Notes: generated from the letters alone by a model not told the origin. DNA of 64,000 nt from Octopus vulgaris (GCA_951406725.2 OX597829.1:2232001-2296000), one strand, 5' to 3'. Shown: positions 28,183 through 41,796, numbered from the stretch's first letter. A program made the numbers and translations.

Positions 28183-28750
28183 ATCATCATCATCATCGTT
28201 TAACGTCCGCTTTCCATGCTAGCATGGGTTGGACGATTTGACTGAGGTTTGGCGAACCAGACTCCAATCTGATCTGGCAGAGCTTCTATAGCTGGATGCC
28301 CTTCCTAACACCAACCACTCCAAGAGTGTAGTGGGGTTTTTTACGTGCCACCGGCACGGGGGCCAGTCAGGCAGTACTGGCAATAACCTCGCTCGAATCT
28401 TTTTATACATGCCACCAGCACAGGAGCCAGTAAGGTGACGTTAGTAACGATCACGCTCGAATGGTGCCCTTTTACGTGCCACTGGCACGGAGCCAGTTGG
28501 CTGCTCTGGCAACGATCACACTCATTTTCTTTGCTGGTATGGATTGAACAATTTAATAAGAACTGGTAAGCTGGAGAGCTACACCAGGCCCCAGGAGATG
28601 TTTTGGCATGATTTCTATGGATGGCTGCCCTTCTTAATGCCAGAGTGAACTGGGTGTTCCTTATTTGACACCAGCGCCGGCGCTTTTTACATGGCACCAT
28701 TCACATGTGCTTTTTATGTCACTAGCACAGATGCTTTTTACAGGGAACCA
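28183..28750 (-). mobile_element. RTE 3' UTR (family E), young copy next to an older copy
   Basis: Family homology. Confidence 0.8.
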
Positions 28751-29169
28751 GCAATTATGTTGTGGATAATTTTATTTTTTAATATTCTGAAAAGCATTCA
28801 ATAATTTACATATCAATATAGTAATCTACATACACAGCACAGAAAGAAAAAAAAAAAAACGCACTTAATTTCACTATTTTTGCTAAAAGTTTCAACAGCA
28901 AATGCACACACCAATATGAATTATGATGGAAATAGATATTAAAAAAAAACAACAGTGAGCTATCAGCTAAACAAAGACATGACTAGCATCAGCTTAACTT
29001 TATTTTCGCTACGGTAGTGGCCATGTGAAACGTGGGAGATTTCCTTGCTGCACATTGTGTAAACTCTATTCAGATGAAGGCAGATATACAAATAGTAATG
29101 TAGCATACTAACACCGTCACCACTACCAAATCATTATCGTCATCACCATGGTATTTGCTTTGCTACCAT

Positions 29170-29573
29170 AGGTTGCGAGCTGGCAGAAACGTTAGCACGC
29201 CAGGCGAAATGCTTAACGGTATTTCGTCTGCTGCTACGTTCTGAGTTCAAATTTCGCCGAGGTTAACTTTGCCTTTCATCCTTTCGGGGTCGATTAAATA
29301 AGTACCAGTTATGCACTGGAGTTCAATATAATCGTCTTAATCCATTTGTCTGTCCTTGATTGTCCTCTCTGTGTTTAGCCCCTTGTGGGTAGTAAAGAAA
29401 CAGATTTTCGTCTGCTGCTACGTTCTGAGTTCAAATTCCGCTGAGGTCGACTTTGCCTTTCATCCTTTTGGGGTCGATTAAATAAGTACCAGTTACGCAC
29501 TGGGGTTGGTGTAATTGACTTAATCCGTTTGTCTGTCCTTGTTTGTCCCCTCTGTGTTTAGCCCCTTGTGGGC
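29170..29573 (+). mobile_element. Two tandem/nested SINE family B copies (Nin/Deu-domain-like)
   Basis: Core gtcgactttgcctttcatcctttcggggtcgat.aa.taagtacca occurs twice. Confidence 0.88.
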
Positions 29574-29949
29574 AGGTCTTCTCTAACAGCATATCATTGC
29601 TTGTTGTAGTTCTTTGTCATTGAGGTTCACCAAACAGAAACCAGCTTTAACCATTTCCGTTTCCAAAGTCTCCTCTCACCTGGGACTTCTTTATTACCAA
29701 TGCAGGTAACTCCTCTTGTGCATTACATCTCATTCTTCTCTTGACCCATTTGTGCACTGTTGTTCAGGTACGCTAGGTACCTTATCAATTAATGATAACC
29801 GAGTCTGGTAAGAAGAGTCCAATGAGATACCATTCCTCATGTTTTAGAAGCTTATTTTCATTCATGTATAAATATACAGGTCTTGTGCAATGTAGCTAAT
29901 TATAATTAGTTGTGTATAATGTGATTTATAGGTGCAATTCCATTATGTG

Positions 29950-30300
29950 GAAGCTTGGGTAATTGACATCTTATTATAGCCCCAGGGCTACAAATGCCAT
30001 GTGAGTGGATTTGGTAGATGGAAACTGAAAGAAACTAGCTCTGTGTGTGTGTATGTGTGTGTATGTGTGTGTATACATCTCTATGTGTGTGTATGTGTCT
30101 TTGTGTACCCCCCACCACCAATACCACTTGTCAACTAGTGTTGGAGTGTTTATGTCCCTATAACTCAGTGGTTCATCAAGAAGGAGACCAATAAAATAAG
30201 TACCAGGTTTAAAAAAAAATATGTCCTGGGATCAATTCATTCGACAAAGTTCTTCAAGGCAGTGCCCCAGCATGGCCACAGTCTAATGACTGAAACAAGT
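29950..30300 (+). mobile_element. Diverged SINE family A
   Basis: Family homology. Confidence 0.75.
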
Positions 30301-30404
30301 AATGATTGATAAAGATAAAAATAAAAGAAAGAAAAACCATACATAGCCAGACAGATTGACATATATAACCATCGCCCTTGTCAGCTCTCTCTCTATATAT
30401 AACA

Positions 30405-30720
30405 TCATGGCTCGGCTTCACGAACGAAGATCAGGAAGGCTGTCCACGTTGTCCAGGGAGGCGAAAGAGAGACACACACACACACACAAAGCACTCCACT
30501 CAAACGTTGTTGGATGGCCGTTGACTAAGCTGTAGTTCTTCTGCCCTTTGACAGGTCTTATTTTTTGGTCGTGCAGGGTGTCCATCAAACACCCGCCTCA
30601 CCAAGCAAGCATGGTGGGGTTGCCAGTTTAGTCGCCGACGACCCGACCATGTAACAGGATGTAACTGGACTACATGGTACCTGTAGCACTCAAGTGGCCT
30701 GAAAATGATTGTCACGTCAT
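30405..30720 (-). mobile_element. Possible RTE-derived non-autonomous retroelement
   Basis: GC-richer island ending cttcgttcgtgaagccgagcc, resembling BovB-type 3' ends (recalled). Confidence 0.35.
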
Positions 30721-30732
30721 CTATATAATATA

Positions 30733-30813
<81 letters not shown>

Positions 30814-30899
30814 GTAGGTCCCGGGTTGATTCGGGGTTAACCACAGTAAATAAGGTACTCAATACATAGCAGAGTAAAATTAATTTATTATATAGAAGG

Positions 30900-30950
30900 A
30901 GCTTCTACAGGACTAGAACTGTTTCATTCAAGAGAAATCTTCAGGAAGCT
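30900..30950 (-). ncRNA. Type I hammerhead ribozyme motif (inverted copy of 34982-35032)
   Basis: Exact reverse complement of the 34982-35032 motif, in the left arm of the fold-back. Confidence 0.8.
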
Positions 30951-31210
30951 AGTTAACAAGAATTGTATTGGCATTTATACATTTAGGCAGGTTTATAGGG
31001 GTGGTGGTGGGGGACTTTTTGGGGGTAGGCATAGCGCAAAAAAATCATACTTGGGGGAGTGGTCAAGGAGTCAGTGGTAAATTAGATAGAAGAATAAATA
31101 AAAGAATAAAAAAAGAATAAAATACAAAAATATATAGAAGAATAGAGTTTTAGGTAAATAAGGAAATTCTCAACACACACACATATACATACACACATAC
31201 ATACACATAC

Positions 31211-31255
<45 letters not shown>

Positions 31256-31508
31256 TATATACGTACATATATCTACACACTTATATATATATATATATAT
31301 ATACATATACATACATACACATATACATGCATATACATATACACACACACATGTATATATACACACACACGACCACACATACACATAGACACAAAAAAAT
31401 ATATACATACACACACATACACATACACACATACACACACATATCCACATACACACACAACACACAAGTCCCTATATACTCATATATACATATACACATA
31501 TATGTATG

Positions 31509-31584
<76 letters not shown>

Positions 31585-32189
31585 TATATGTGTACCTATT
31601 CATACACATATATGTACGTATACACACACACACATATACACATACATACACACACATACATACATATGTGTACCTATTCATACCTACACATACACACATA
31701 TATACATACAATTACAAACCCATTCCCTAATTTTAATTTTATTATCTTCATTTATTACTTTTGTTATCTTTGACCGCTGGTCACAAACATCTTGGCTAGT
31801 CCCTTTTATCTTTCTACTTGAGCACAAGCACTCACTCACGCACGCACACTCATTAGCACGCACACACACTCTCATTCGTACACTCATACACATACACGCA
31901 CGCACGCGTTATATTCATACATACATACACACATACACATACACATATATATATATATATATATATGTGTATGTGTATGTGTGTATGTATGTATGAATAT
32001 AACGCGTGCGTGCGTGTATGTGTATGAGTGTACGAATGTATACATATATATACATATATATATATATACACATATCCGCATACATACACCCATACATACA
32101 TACATATATACACACATACACACGTATACATATACATACATATACGCGCATGCATACACATACAAATACATACACATACACATATACAT

Positions 32190-32254
<65 letters not shown>

Positions 32255-32333
32255 TACATACATATACATATATACACACACACATACATACACATATACA
32301 CATACACGCACATACACATATACATGCATATAC

Positions 32334-32386
<53 letters not shown>

Positions 32387-32729
32387 TATATATACATATA
32401 CATACACACATACACATACACACATACACATATGTACACATACACACACATATTCACATATATATATATCCATATATATGTATATATATATATATATATA
32501 TACACACACATATATACATACACACACATACATACATACACACACATACATATATATATACATACACACACACACATATATATATACCCACACCTACACA
32601 TACACACATATATATACATATATACATACATATACACACATACACACACACACATATATGTACATACATACACATACATATACATATACATATACATATA
32701 CACATGCACATACGTATAACTCTACATAC

Positions 32730-32772
<43 letters not shown>

Positions 32773-32912
32773 CACATATATATACACATATATATGTGTA
32801 TATATACACACACATATATATACCCATCTACAATCTGTATATACACACACATACATGCACATACACATAACTCTACATACCTACATATACATCGACATAC
32901 TCGCGTACACTC

Positions 32913-32945
<33 letters not shown>

Positions 32946-33072
32946 CATACACATACACATACATAAACACACATATACATATATATATATAAATAGATAT
33001 ATATATATACATACACACGCACATATATACATATATATATACACACACACACACATACACATACATATACAC

Positions 33073-33120
<48 letters not shown>

Positions 33121-33481
33121 GTGGGTATGTAGAGTTATACGTATGTGCATGTGTATATGTATATGTATATGTATATGTATGTGTATGTGTATGTATGTAC
33201 ATATATGTGTGTGTGTGTGTATGTGTGTATATGTATGTATATATGTATATATATGTGTGTATGTGTAGGTGTGGGTATATATATATGTGTGTGTGTGTAT
33301 GTATATATATATGTATGTGTGTGTATGTATGTATGTGTGTGTATGTATATATGTGTGTGTATATATATGTATATATATATATATATACATATATATGGAT
33401 ATATATATATGTGAATATGTGTGTGTATGTGTACATATATGTATGTGTGTATGTGTATGTGTGTATGTATATGTATATATA

Positions 33482-33512
<31 letters not shown>

Positions 33513-33610
33513 GTATATGCATGTATATGTGTATGTGCGTGTATGTGTATATGTGTATGTATGTGTGTGTGTATATATGTATATGTATGTATGTATATCT
33601 ATGTATGTGT

Positions 33611-33647
<37 letters not shown>

Positions 33648-33766
33648 GTATATGTGTATGTGTATGTATTTGTATGTGTATGCATGCGCGTATATGTATG
33701 TATATGTATACGTGTGGGTGTGTGTATGTGTGTATATATGTATGTATGTATGTATGCGGATATGTG

Positions 33767-33797
<31 letters not shown>

Positions 33798-33808
33798 GTA
33801 TATATGTG

Positions 33809-33840
<32 letters not shown>

Positions 33841-34367
33841 TATGTGTATGTGTGTATGTATATATATATGTGTGTATATATATGTATGTATGTATGTATT
33901 TGTATGTAGGTGTATATGTATGTGTGTATATATATTTGGTGTATATGTATAGACTAGTCTTCTAAGATTGTAGACATGAATCTGTAGGTACGCGTACGTA
34001 TGTGTATATACTTGTATGTATGTAGATGTATGTATGTATGAATATAACGCGTGCGTGCGTGTATGTGTATGAGTGTACGAATGAGAGTGTGTGTGCGTGC
34101 TAATGAGTGTGCGTGCGTGAGTGAGTGCTTGTGCTCAAGTAGAAAGATAAAAGGGACTAGCCAAGATGTTTGTGACCAGGGGTTAAAGATAACAAAAGTA
34201 ATAAATGAAGATAATAAAATTAAAATTAGGGAATGGGTTTGTAATTGTATGTATATATGTGTGTATGTGTAGGTATGAATAGGTACACATATGTATGTAT
34301 GTGTGTGTATGTATGTGTATATGTGTGTGTGTGTATACGTACATATATGTGTATGAATAGGTACACA

Positions 34368-34427
<60 letters not shown>

Positions 34428-34618
34428 CATACATATATGTGTATATGTATATATGAGTATATAGGGACTTGTGTGTTGTGTGTGCATGTGTGTATGTGGA
34501 TATGTGTGTATGTGTGTGTATGTATATATTTTTTTGTGTCTATGTGTATGTGTGGTCGTGTGTGTGTATATATACATGTGTGTGTGTATATGTATATGCA
34601 TGTATATGTGTATGTATG

Positions 34619-34667
<49 letters not shown>

Positions 34668-34686
34668 AGATATATGTACGTATATA

Positions 34687-34717
<31 letters not shown>

Positions 34718-34981
34718 GGGTGTGTGTGTATGTATGTGTGTATGTATATGTGTGTGTGTTGAGAATTTCCTTATTTACCTAAAACTCTATTCTTCTATAT
34801 ATTTTTGTATTTTATTCTTTTTTTATTCTTTTATTTATTCTTCTATCTAATTTACCACTGACTCCTTGACCACTCCCCCAAGTATGATTTTTTTGCGCTA
34901 TGCCTACCCCCAAAAAGTCCCCCACCACCACCCCTATAAACCTGCCTAAATGTATAAATGCCAATACAATTCTTGTTAACT

Positions 34982-35032
34982 AGCTTCCTGAAGATTTCTC
35001 TTGAATGAAACAGTTCTAGTCCTGTAGAAGCT
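34982..35032 (+). ncRNA. Type I hammerhead ribozyme motif
   Basis: AGCTTC-CTGAAGA-TTTC TCTT GAAT-GAAA-CAG TTCTAGTC CTG-TA-GAAGCT. 6-bp stem I, intact core, stem II, stem III, GUA cleavage triplet. Confidence 0.8.
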
Positions 35033-35041
35033 CCTTCTATA

Positions 35042-35094
<53 letters not shown>

Positions 35095-35566
35095 TGATTA
35101 ATTTAGGGTAGCAAAAAATTCAATAGTTTAATTTAATTTAATTTAATTAGGCTGGTTGCCATTAAAAACGTCGAAACAATGCATTGTCTAAAGATGAATA
35201 GGGTAAATGTTTTTTAATTTTCCTTTAATTTCTGAATTACTACTACTTGGCAGTTTGAGTCCTGGCTGCTCCTTCTGATGGGTCGAATGGCCTATTGAGG
35301 CCGTTCCTCAATTGTTGTTGAATATATATATATAAGTACACATGTGCATGAGTGTGTTTTAAATTTCCCATTAACACATCACCGGCTTATTTGATGTCTT
35401 CATTGACACGTGAAATAAAAGGTGCCTTACTTGAAAAACAGGTACAGATCAGTGGCACGTATGGAATCCGCCAGCAAAGCAATATCTCAACAATATACTT
35501 GACTGAGTATATTGCTAGTATGACAACATGGATATAAAAAAATGAAAGAATACGCACACATATATG

Positions 35567-35595
<29 letters not shown>

Positions 35596-35602
<7 letters not shown>

Positions 35603-36964
35603 AAACTGAGAATGTGTGTGAGTCTGTCTGTCTGTGTGTTTCCCTAAAACTTGAGAACTACACAACCAATTTCATTCAAATTTTACACATGCCTTACTTA
35701 GGGTCCATGTAGTTTAATGGGCAAAAAAATGTTCAACTTCTTGCCTAGAGCGAGCCCATAGCAATATCATATCTTCTCCACTATTTCAGTATTACGTGTT
35801 AAAAGTGAAACAAAAACATTTCTCTATTTTATGTCAGATGCTTTCACTTTAACAATAAAAATAATAACAATTGAATTATATGTAGTAAGTAATAATTAAA
35901 ATCAAACTAAAGTGTAATATAATCGTAACATAACAAAAGTAAAAATAGCAATTGGTATAAAATTGCATCAATGATTTGAACTTGAATAAGTGGTTTCACA
36001 TGAATGGGAATAAATTAAAAATAAAATTAGCATGCAGAAATGGAATAGTCCAGATGGACTATTATACATAAAGGACTATAGCTTCAGCTGCATACTGCCT
36101 TTTCTTCTTATTATTATTACTGTTTAACTATTATTATCACGTTTGTTGGTTTCGCGTAAGGGAAACGTTGTTGTGTTGCATTTGTTAAATAATTGTAAAC
36201 TGTAACCTTCCCCCTTTGGGAGAAGGAGTTTCGGTTATTGTTTAAAAATTGAATTATGTCCCTGTTTGGGGAAATTGACAATATTTTCACCATTTTCACG
36301 GAAGCATTTTTGTTAGAATGCCTTCGATAGAAGAAAGTCCAAAAATGAATTTCGATGCAGCCGTTGGCGGGCGCGAACTCATTAAAATTAAAATGGAAAA
36401 AATACAAACCTATTTCGGATTGATCACCGACAAAGACGGTGAATCTAGGATAACACCACCAAATGAAATAAAAAAATAAATTTAAAAAAAGACTATTGTC
36501 TATAAAGTATACAATGTAGAGAAGAAAAAAATATTTGAATACCTGGAGGAAAGCACCATCGAAAAGTGTCTTGGTGCGACTATGAAAGATATCTAACCAA
36601 AGGCGGTAAATTCGCCACAATAGAAGCAAGGTTCAAGTCAACGGAGCGTGCAAGGGAGTACTCGACTCGAACTTGCAAAGTGGAAATATTTAATTTTCAC
36701 CTTTATATCTGGGACGTAGAAATCAAAACTGTCCCTCCAGAAGTAGAGGTAGGCTGGATTGTAGCCACACTTCTATACAAGAGGGAGGACAAGATACAAT
36801 TCCAGTCTGTTATATATTTTGAGTATTGTTATCACTAGCGATATCAAGATATAACTTTGTATTTTGTATTTTATGTGTAGATGCATGTATATATATAGAT
36901 GTACATGTAATATGTACACATATATACATGCACTATGACCCAGCAATGACGGGTCATAATGCTA

Positions 36965-36965
<1 letters not shown>
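35596..36965 (+). mobile_element. Non-autonomous Helitron with internal foreign segment
   Basis: 5' tata..aaa..(tctg)n start; 3' hairpin tatgaccc/gggtcata followed by CTAG|T. Confidence 0.65.
36393..36810 (+). pseudogene. Frameshifted ORF fragment, possibly LINE ORF1-like
   Basis: MEKIQTYFGLITDKDGE...YLTKGGKFATIEARFKSTERAREYST...VPPEVEVGWIV across frameshifts; identity is inferred. Confidence 0.4.
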
Positions 36966-37012
<47 letters not shown>

Positions 37013-37061
37013 AGTATAAGAATGTGCATTGTCCGTTTCAATTTAAAAAAAAAATTCTATA

Positions 37062-37149
37062 TGTGGCTGAAGATTGCTCGACATTTTAAAACTGATGTAA
37101 TACTCACAGTGTTTAATAAAATGAAGTAGCATGAAACAATTGTACTACA
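37062..37149 (+). ncRNA. Type I hammerhead ribozyme motif with long stem II loop
   Basis: TGTGG-CTGAAGA-TTGCT...(~50 nt)...AGCAT-GAAA-CAATTG-TA-CTACA. Palindromic stem III; module flanked by (TA)n. Confidence 0.68.
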
Positions 37150-37179
37150 CTATCTTGGATATCCTTGTTGCTCATTTTG

Positions 37180-37223
<44 letters not shown>

Positions 37224-37258
37224 TAAATATATATATGTATATGTGTGTATATACATTC

Positions 37259-37442
37259 TTTTCTTTCTTTATTTTGTTTCAGTTATTTGACTGCAGCCAT
37301 GCTGGAGCACTGCCTTTAGTTGAACAAATCGATCCCAGGACTTATTCTTTGTAAGCCTAGTATTTACACCAACATCAATTGTCAAGCAATGGTGGGCGGG
37401 ACAAACACCAACACAAACACACATGTACACACACACACATGT

Positions 37443-37474
<32 letters not shown>

Positions 37475-37637
37475 GATGGGCTTCTTTCAGTTTCCATCTA
37501 CCAAATCCACTCACAAGGCTTTAGTCTGCCCGAGACTATAGTAGAAGACACTTGCCTAAGGTGCCATGCAGTGGGACTGAACCTGGAACTATGTGGTTGG
37601 TAAGCAAGCTACTTACCACACAGCCACTCCTGTGCCC
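37259..37637 (-). mobile_element. SINE family A
   Basis: Family homology. Confidence 0.88.
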
Positions 37638-37689
37638 ATATAGCTATGTATATATATATATATACACATACATACTGTGTATATATATT

Positions 37690-37741
<52 letters not shown>

Positions 37742-37885
37742 TATACATGTATACATACAACACATGCACACATACTTATATGTGGGTATCTATATATATT
37801 TGTATGTATTTATGTACCTGTGTGTGTGGGTGGGGAGACAGAAAGTTAAATGTCTTGGACAAGGACATTATGCAGCATTTGGTTA

Positions 37886-38254
37886 ACCATATTTTTATGG
37901 GTGTATCCAGCGCCGTGTTCTTTGAAGCTGCCCTCAAAATCTCTCGTGGAAGCGTCATCCAACCAAAGTACAAATATATGGGAAACTACCACCTGTGTCA
38001 TCTCTTGTGAAAGGTAGAAGAGTCCAGTTTGCTGGACATTGTTGTAGAGCTGAAAACGAGGTAATTTCTACTCTTCTCCTCTGGAAGCCATCTACTCGCG
38101 ATACCAGAGGGTGCACACTCTCCTACCCTGATATAATCTCCAGGGACACAGGCATCCAGCAACAGGACCTCCGTAATGCTATGAAGGACCGTGAAGTCTG
38201 GCGTAGCATAGTAAATTCCATTGTCTCGACCACGGTCGAACAACGATGATGATG
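37886..38254 (+). mobile_element. RTE-like LINE 3' fragment with TSD
   Basis: RRVQFAGHCCR...DREVWR; (gat)n tail; atttggtta duplicated at 37877 and 38255. Confidence 0.85.
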
Positions 38255-38900
38255 ATTTGGTTAGTTCTATGCTGACACAGTCATGTGTAATCTCACTCAA
38301 AAGATTCAGTCACCATGGCAACTAGTCCAGTGCCACATATAGTATCTTTGTAGGAGACATTTAACTATTCAATATCATAGTCCACATAACACTAAGTAGG
38401 TATCGGTAAGATGTACAATTCTTCACAGTAGGAGTCATATAACTGATGGTTGTCAGTCATCAATATTGAAATGAATACTTCCCAATGAAAAGCTAAACTG
38501 CCTTATCCTTCTAAGCGGAAACTTGTTACAGGGCGGAATGGACAGCAGGAGAAACCTTGAAAGGAAGCATTTCTATCAAGTGAATGTTTTGTTTCATTTG
38601 TTCCTAACACTCTAAGAAAACGGAGCCCACCCAAGTCACGACTCCTAGGTGCCCTTCTGCTGAATGTAAAATGCTGCCTATAAGTAGTGATTAAGCTCAG
38701 AACCTATGGGTGATTTTATTTCTCTGAAATGAGGTGTATGCTGCTTGATCACAAACACCATTGGAAGAACTTGCATGGGCTTTTCAAGCAACTGGCAGTG
38801 TTCGCTTTCAGCATCAGACATTATTTCTTTGCCCTTTCAATGTAACAAAAAACTGGATTGAAGGGAGTTTCTTGAGATAACAGAGAAGCCTGTAAATGGT

Positions 38901-39290
38901 TACTCTTACTCTTTTACTTGTTTCAGTCATTTGACTGTGGCCATGCTGGAGCACCACCTTTTTAGTCGAGCAAATCAACCCCAGGACTTATTCTTTGGAA
39001 GCCTAGTACTTATTCTATCAGTCTCTTTTGCTGAACCGCTAAGTTACGGGGACATAAACACACCAGCATCGGTTGTCAAGCGGTGTTAGGGGGACAAACA
39101 CACACACACACACACATATACATATACGATGGGTTTCTTTCAGTTTCCGTCTACGAAATCCACTCATAAGGCTTTGGTCGACCCGAGGCTATAGTAGAAG
39201 ACACTTGCCCAACATGCCACGCAGTGGGACTGAAACCGGAACCATGTGGTTGGTAAACAAACTACTTACTACACAGCCACTCCTGCGCCT
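38901..39290 (-). mobile_element. SINE family A
   Basis: Family homology. Confidence 0.9.
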
Positions 39291-39510
39291 ATGGCTCAGT
39301 TTTTTTTTTAGAAATAACAGCCAAAAGCCATATAAAATCAAAATTAGCACCTTTTAAATGCAGTCCTACATACACTATGTTTGAAATGGTCATCACATGA
39401 ATGACTGGTCATAGGTCTGTTGCACCTGGGGTTAAAGGAAGTCCTAGACACATTATGCATAAGTAGGAGCTTAACAGCTAGAGCATCTTTGCTTAAATAA
39501 ATACAAGAAT

Positions 39511-39889
39511 AGGCAGAGGAGTGACTGTGTGGTAAGTAGCTTGCTTACCAACCACATGGTTCCGGGTTCAGTCCCACTGCGTGGCATGTTGGGCAAGTGT
39601 CTTCTACTATAGCCTCAGGCCAACCAAAGCCTTGTGAGTGGATTTGGTAGACGGAAACTGAAAGAAGCCCATCGTATATATGTATATATATATATGTGTG
39701 TGTGTATGTTTGTGTGTCTATGTTTGTCCCTCTAGCATTGCTTGACAACCGATGCTGGTGTGTTTATGTCGCCGTCACTTAGCGGTTCGGCAAAAGAGAC
39801 CGATAGAATAAGTACTGGGCTTACAAAGAATAAGTCCCGGGGTCGATTTGCTCGACTAAAGGTGGTGCTGAAACAAGTAAAAGAGAGTA
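39511..39889 (+). mobile_element. SINE family A
   Basis: Family homology. Confidence 0.9.
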
Positions 39890-40383
39890 ATGGTCATAGC
39901 TGGAACAATATTGAATTTGGGTAGACAGAGTTAAACGTAACAACACAGAAAGGTAATGCAGTCCTGGGCACAATATGATTGAGTAAAAGGCAGCATGATC
40001 ACAGTTTGAACACCTTTGATCACAAGTTTGTTGGATCAGATCTGATCTGGACATAGCAATATAGAACGTCACATTAGGTGATGTTGTCCTAGATACATTT
40101 TGCTTGACTAAGACACAGAAGAGAGTCATGGTGACTGGAATGATTTATATGTTTGCTTGATCTCAACTTGGGTTTAAATGAAGCACTCATTTGATAATGT
40201 GGTCCTAGTTACACTATGCCTATATCAAAGAGCTGGTTGAGATGGACTATGACACAGCAGTCATAACACACAAATCCTCTATGAAATTTCGAATTTTGAA
40301 TCCAGAAACTATAGAAGTACAAAGATAATTGAATATTTGATTCTGAGTTTGAGTATTCTCACTGTTTCAAGTTTCTTCCTTAA

Positions 40384-40604
40384 CCCTTTTGATACCAACC
40401 CGGCCAAAACTGCCTCTGGTTCTATAGTACAAATATCTTGTTTTCATAAATATTGAATTAAAATCTTTCACCAAACCTTAGTCACAATTTATGTTCCCAA
40501 CACTAGCTTAATAATAACTAAGTTATTTTACTAAATTCTTTGTTATATTTAAAGTAATTGAAAGAAACACAGAGCATCTCAAAATAAATATGGTAATGAA
40601 AGGG
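40384..40604. mobile_element. piggyBac-type MITE
   Basis: TTAA TSD on both sides; imperfect TIR CCCTTT..TACCA; related decayed copies at ~53670 and 55208-55577. Confidence 0.85.
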
Positions 40605-40622
40605 TTAATGGTTCAGTCAAAT

Positions 40623-40859
40623 CAGTGCTTCTCAACCAGGGTCCCTTGGTGGGGTCCATATAAGATTTTGTTGTTAAGGTTTATCAGCTATAAATTGGTT
40701 GTACTTCCACAATACACAAAATATTTTAACAATGTTTTAAATATAATTTCTAATAATATTTGATTTAAATATATACTAGGATTTTAAAAACATAGAATGG
40801 CTCTGGGGGATCTATAGGGATTCAAGGGATCTATAGGAAAAAATGGTTGAGAACCACTG
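40623..40859. mobile_element. hAT-type MITE
   Basis: 15-bp TIR CAGTG(C/G)TTCTCAACC and perfect 8-bp TSD AGTCAAAT. Confidence 0.92.
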
Positions 40860-41756
40860 AGTCAAATGGAGGTGACAGTACTGACAACCTTGACAGGCTT
40901 TCAGAGATTGGGGATATTTACACAAATTGTGTTTAGGTGTTATAATTGATATACAGGTAAAAAAACAGGTATAAGAGAATTCCAGAAGTTTGACATTTGT
41001 AGGTGGGCATTGGATATTGTACCTGTTGTAGGGGCAGAGGCAGGCAGACAGAAGCAGCATGAAGGAGATATCGTTTATTAAGGTCCAAGAACAAAGGCTG
41101 ATGTAGTACAAGTAGAAAGGGAAAAGAGATAGGTATTTGTGGGCCAAAGGGTGTTGTGTATTCACAATTTATCAAACAGTGGCATGGTTTCCATTGAAAC
41201 ACAATCAAGAGTATCTGGGCCAGCTTATGTGAACAGTATTCGACCGTAGGTCTCCTTTGAGATTTGGCAGCAGAGCTACTCCTGGAGTCATCAGGAAAGA
41301 TTATCAATGATTAGGAAGTTTAACATTTCTAATAAATTAATTGAGAGTAATAATTACGTGTTGCCTAAAATACTTGTTAGTTATAAGAGGAAGTGGACAA
41401 GTTGGTCCAGTCAAACATAGTACTTCATAGATATTTTGTTTCATTGATCATAGAAGGAATTTTAAGGGATTTAAACTGAGAATAAAAAGGGATGGGCTTG
41501 CTAAATACTCAAAGGCACTTTGTTTGTAATCCTACCAATTCTGTGTTTCACAGCCCTTCTTTCAACCAACACCCCCTTAAAGTATCAGTTACATAAAAGC
41601 ATCTAAACAACAAAGGGTACGCTTCCAAATGATCAGGTTCCAATATTTTATTTGGCATGTGGGAAGTTGCAACTATGTTATTCCCTTTATGAATTTGGAC
41701 ACACCCTGCAAAGATTCCATTGCTTTAACGTTAGTATTGAATCTCATTTATACATT

Positions 41757-41796
<40 letters not shown>

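Larger units (their letters stand above)
30881..35051. repeat. ~4.2-kb nested inverted duplication (fold-back), Penelope-like pLTR at both ends
   Basis: 30881-~31930 is the reverse complement of ~34025-35051, with the unique parts near-identical. Inner inverted pair ~32045-32770 / ~33085-33800. Confidence 0.9.

Noticed and set aside
31082-34850. Long ORFs (up to 383 aa) rich in Y/I/H/T/C/V/M
   Set aside because: Translations of (AT)/(CA)/(GT) microsatellites, which lack stop codons; the same applies to similar ORFs across the window.
36117-36629. 170-aa minus-strand ORF
   Set aside because: Likely an antisense shadow of the A-rich plus-strand decayed ORF.
38560-38830. Possible Tc1-like transposase remnant (APRSRDL, resembling WPPRSPDL) on the minus strand
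   Set aside because: Single weak motif; too decayed to support without an HMM search.
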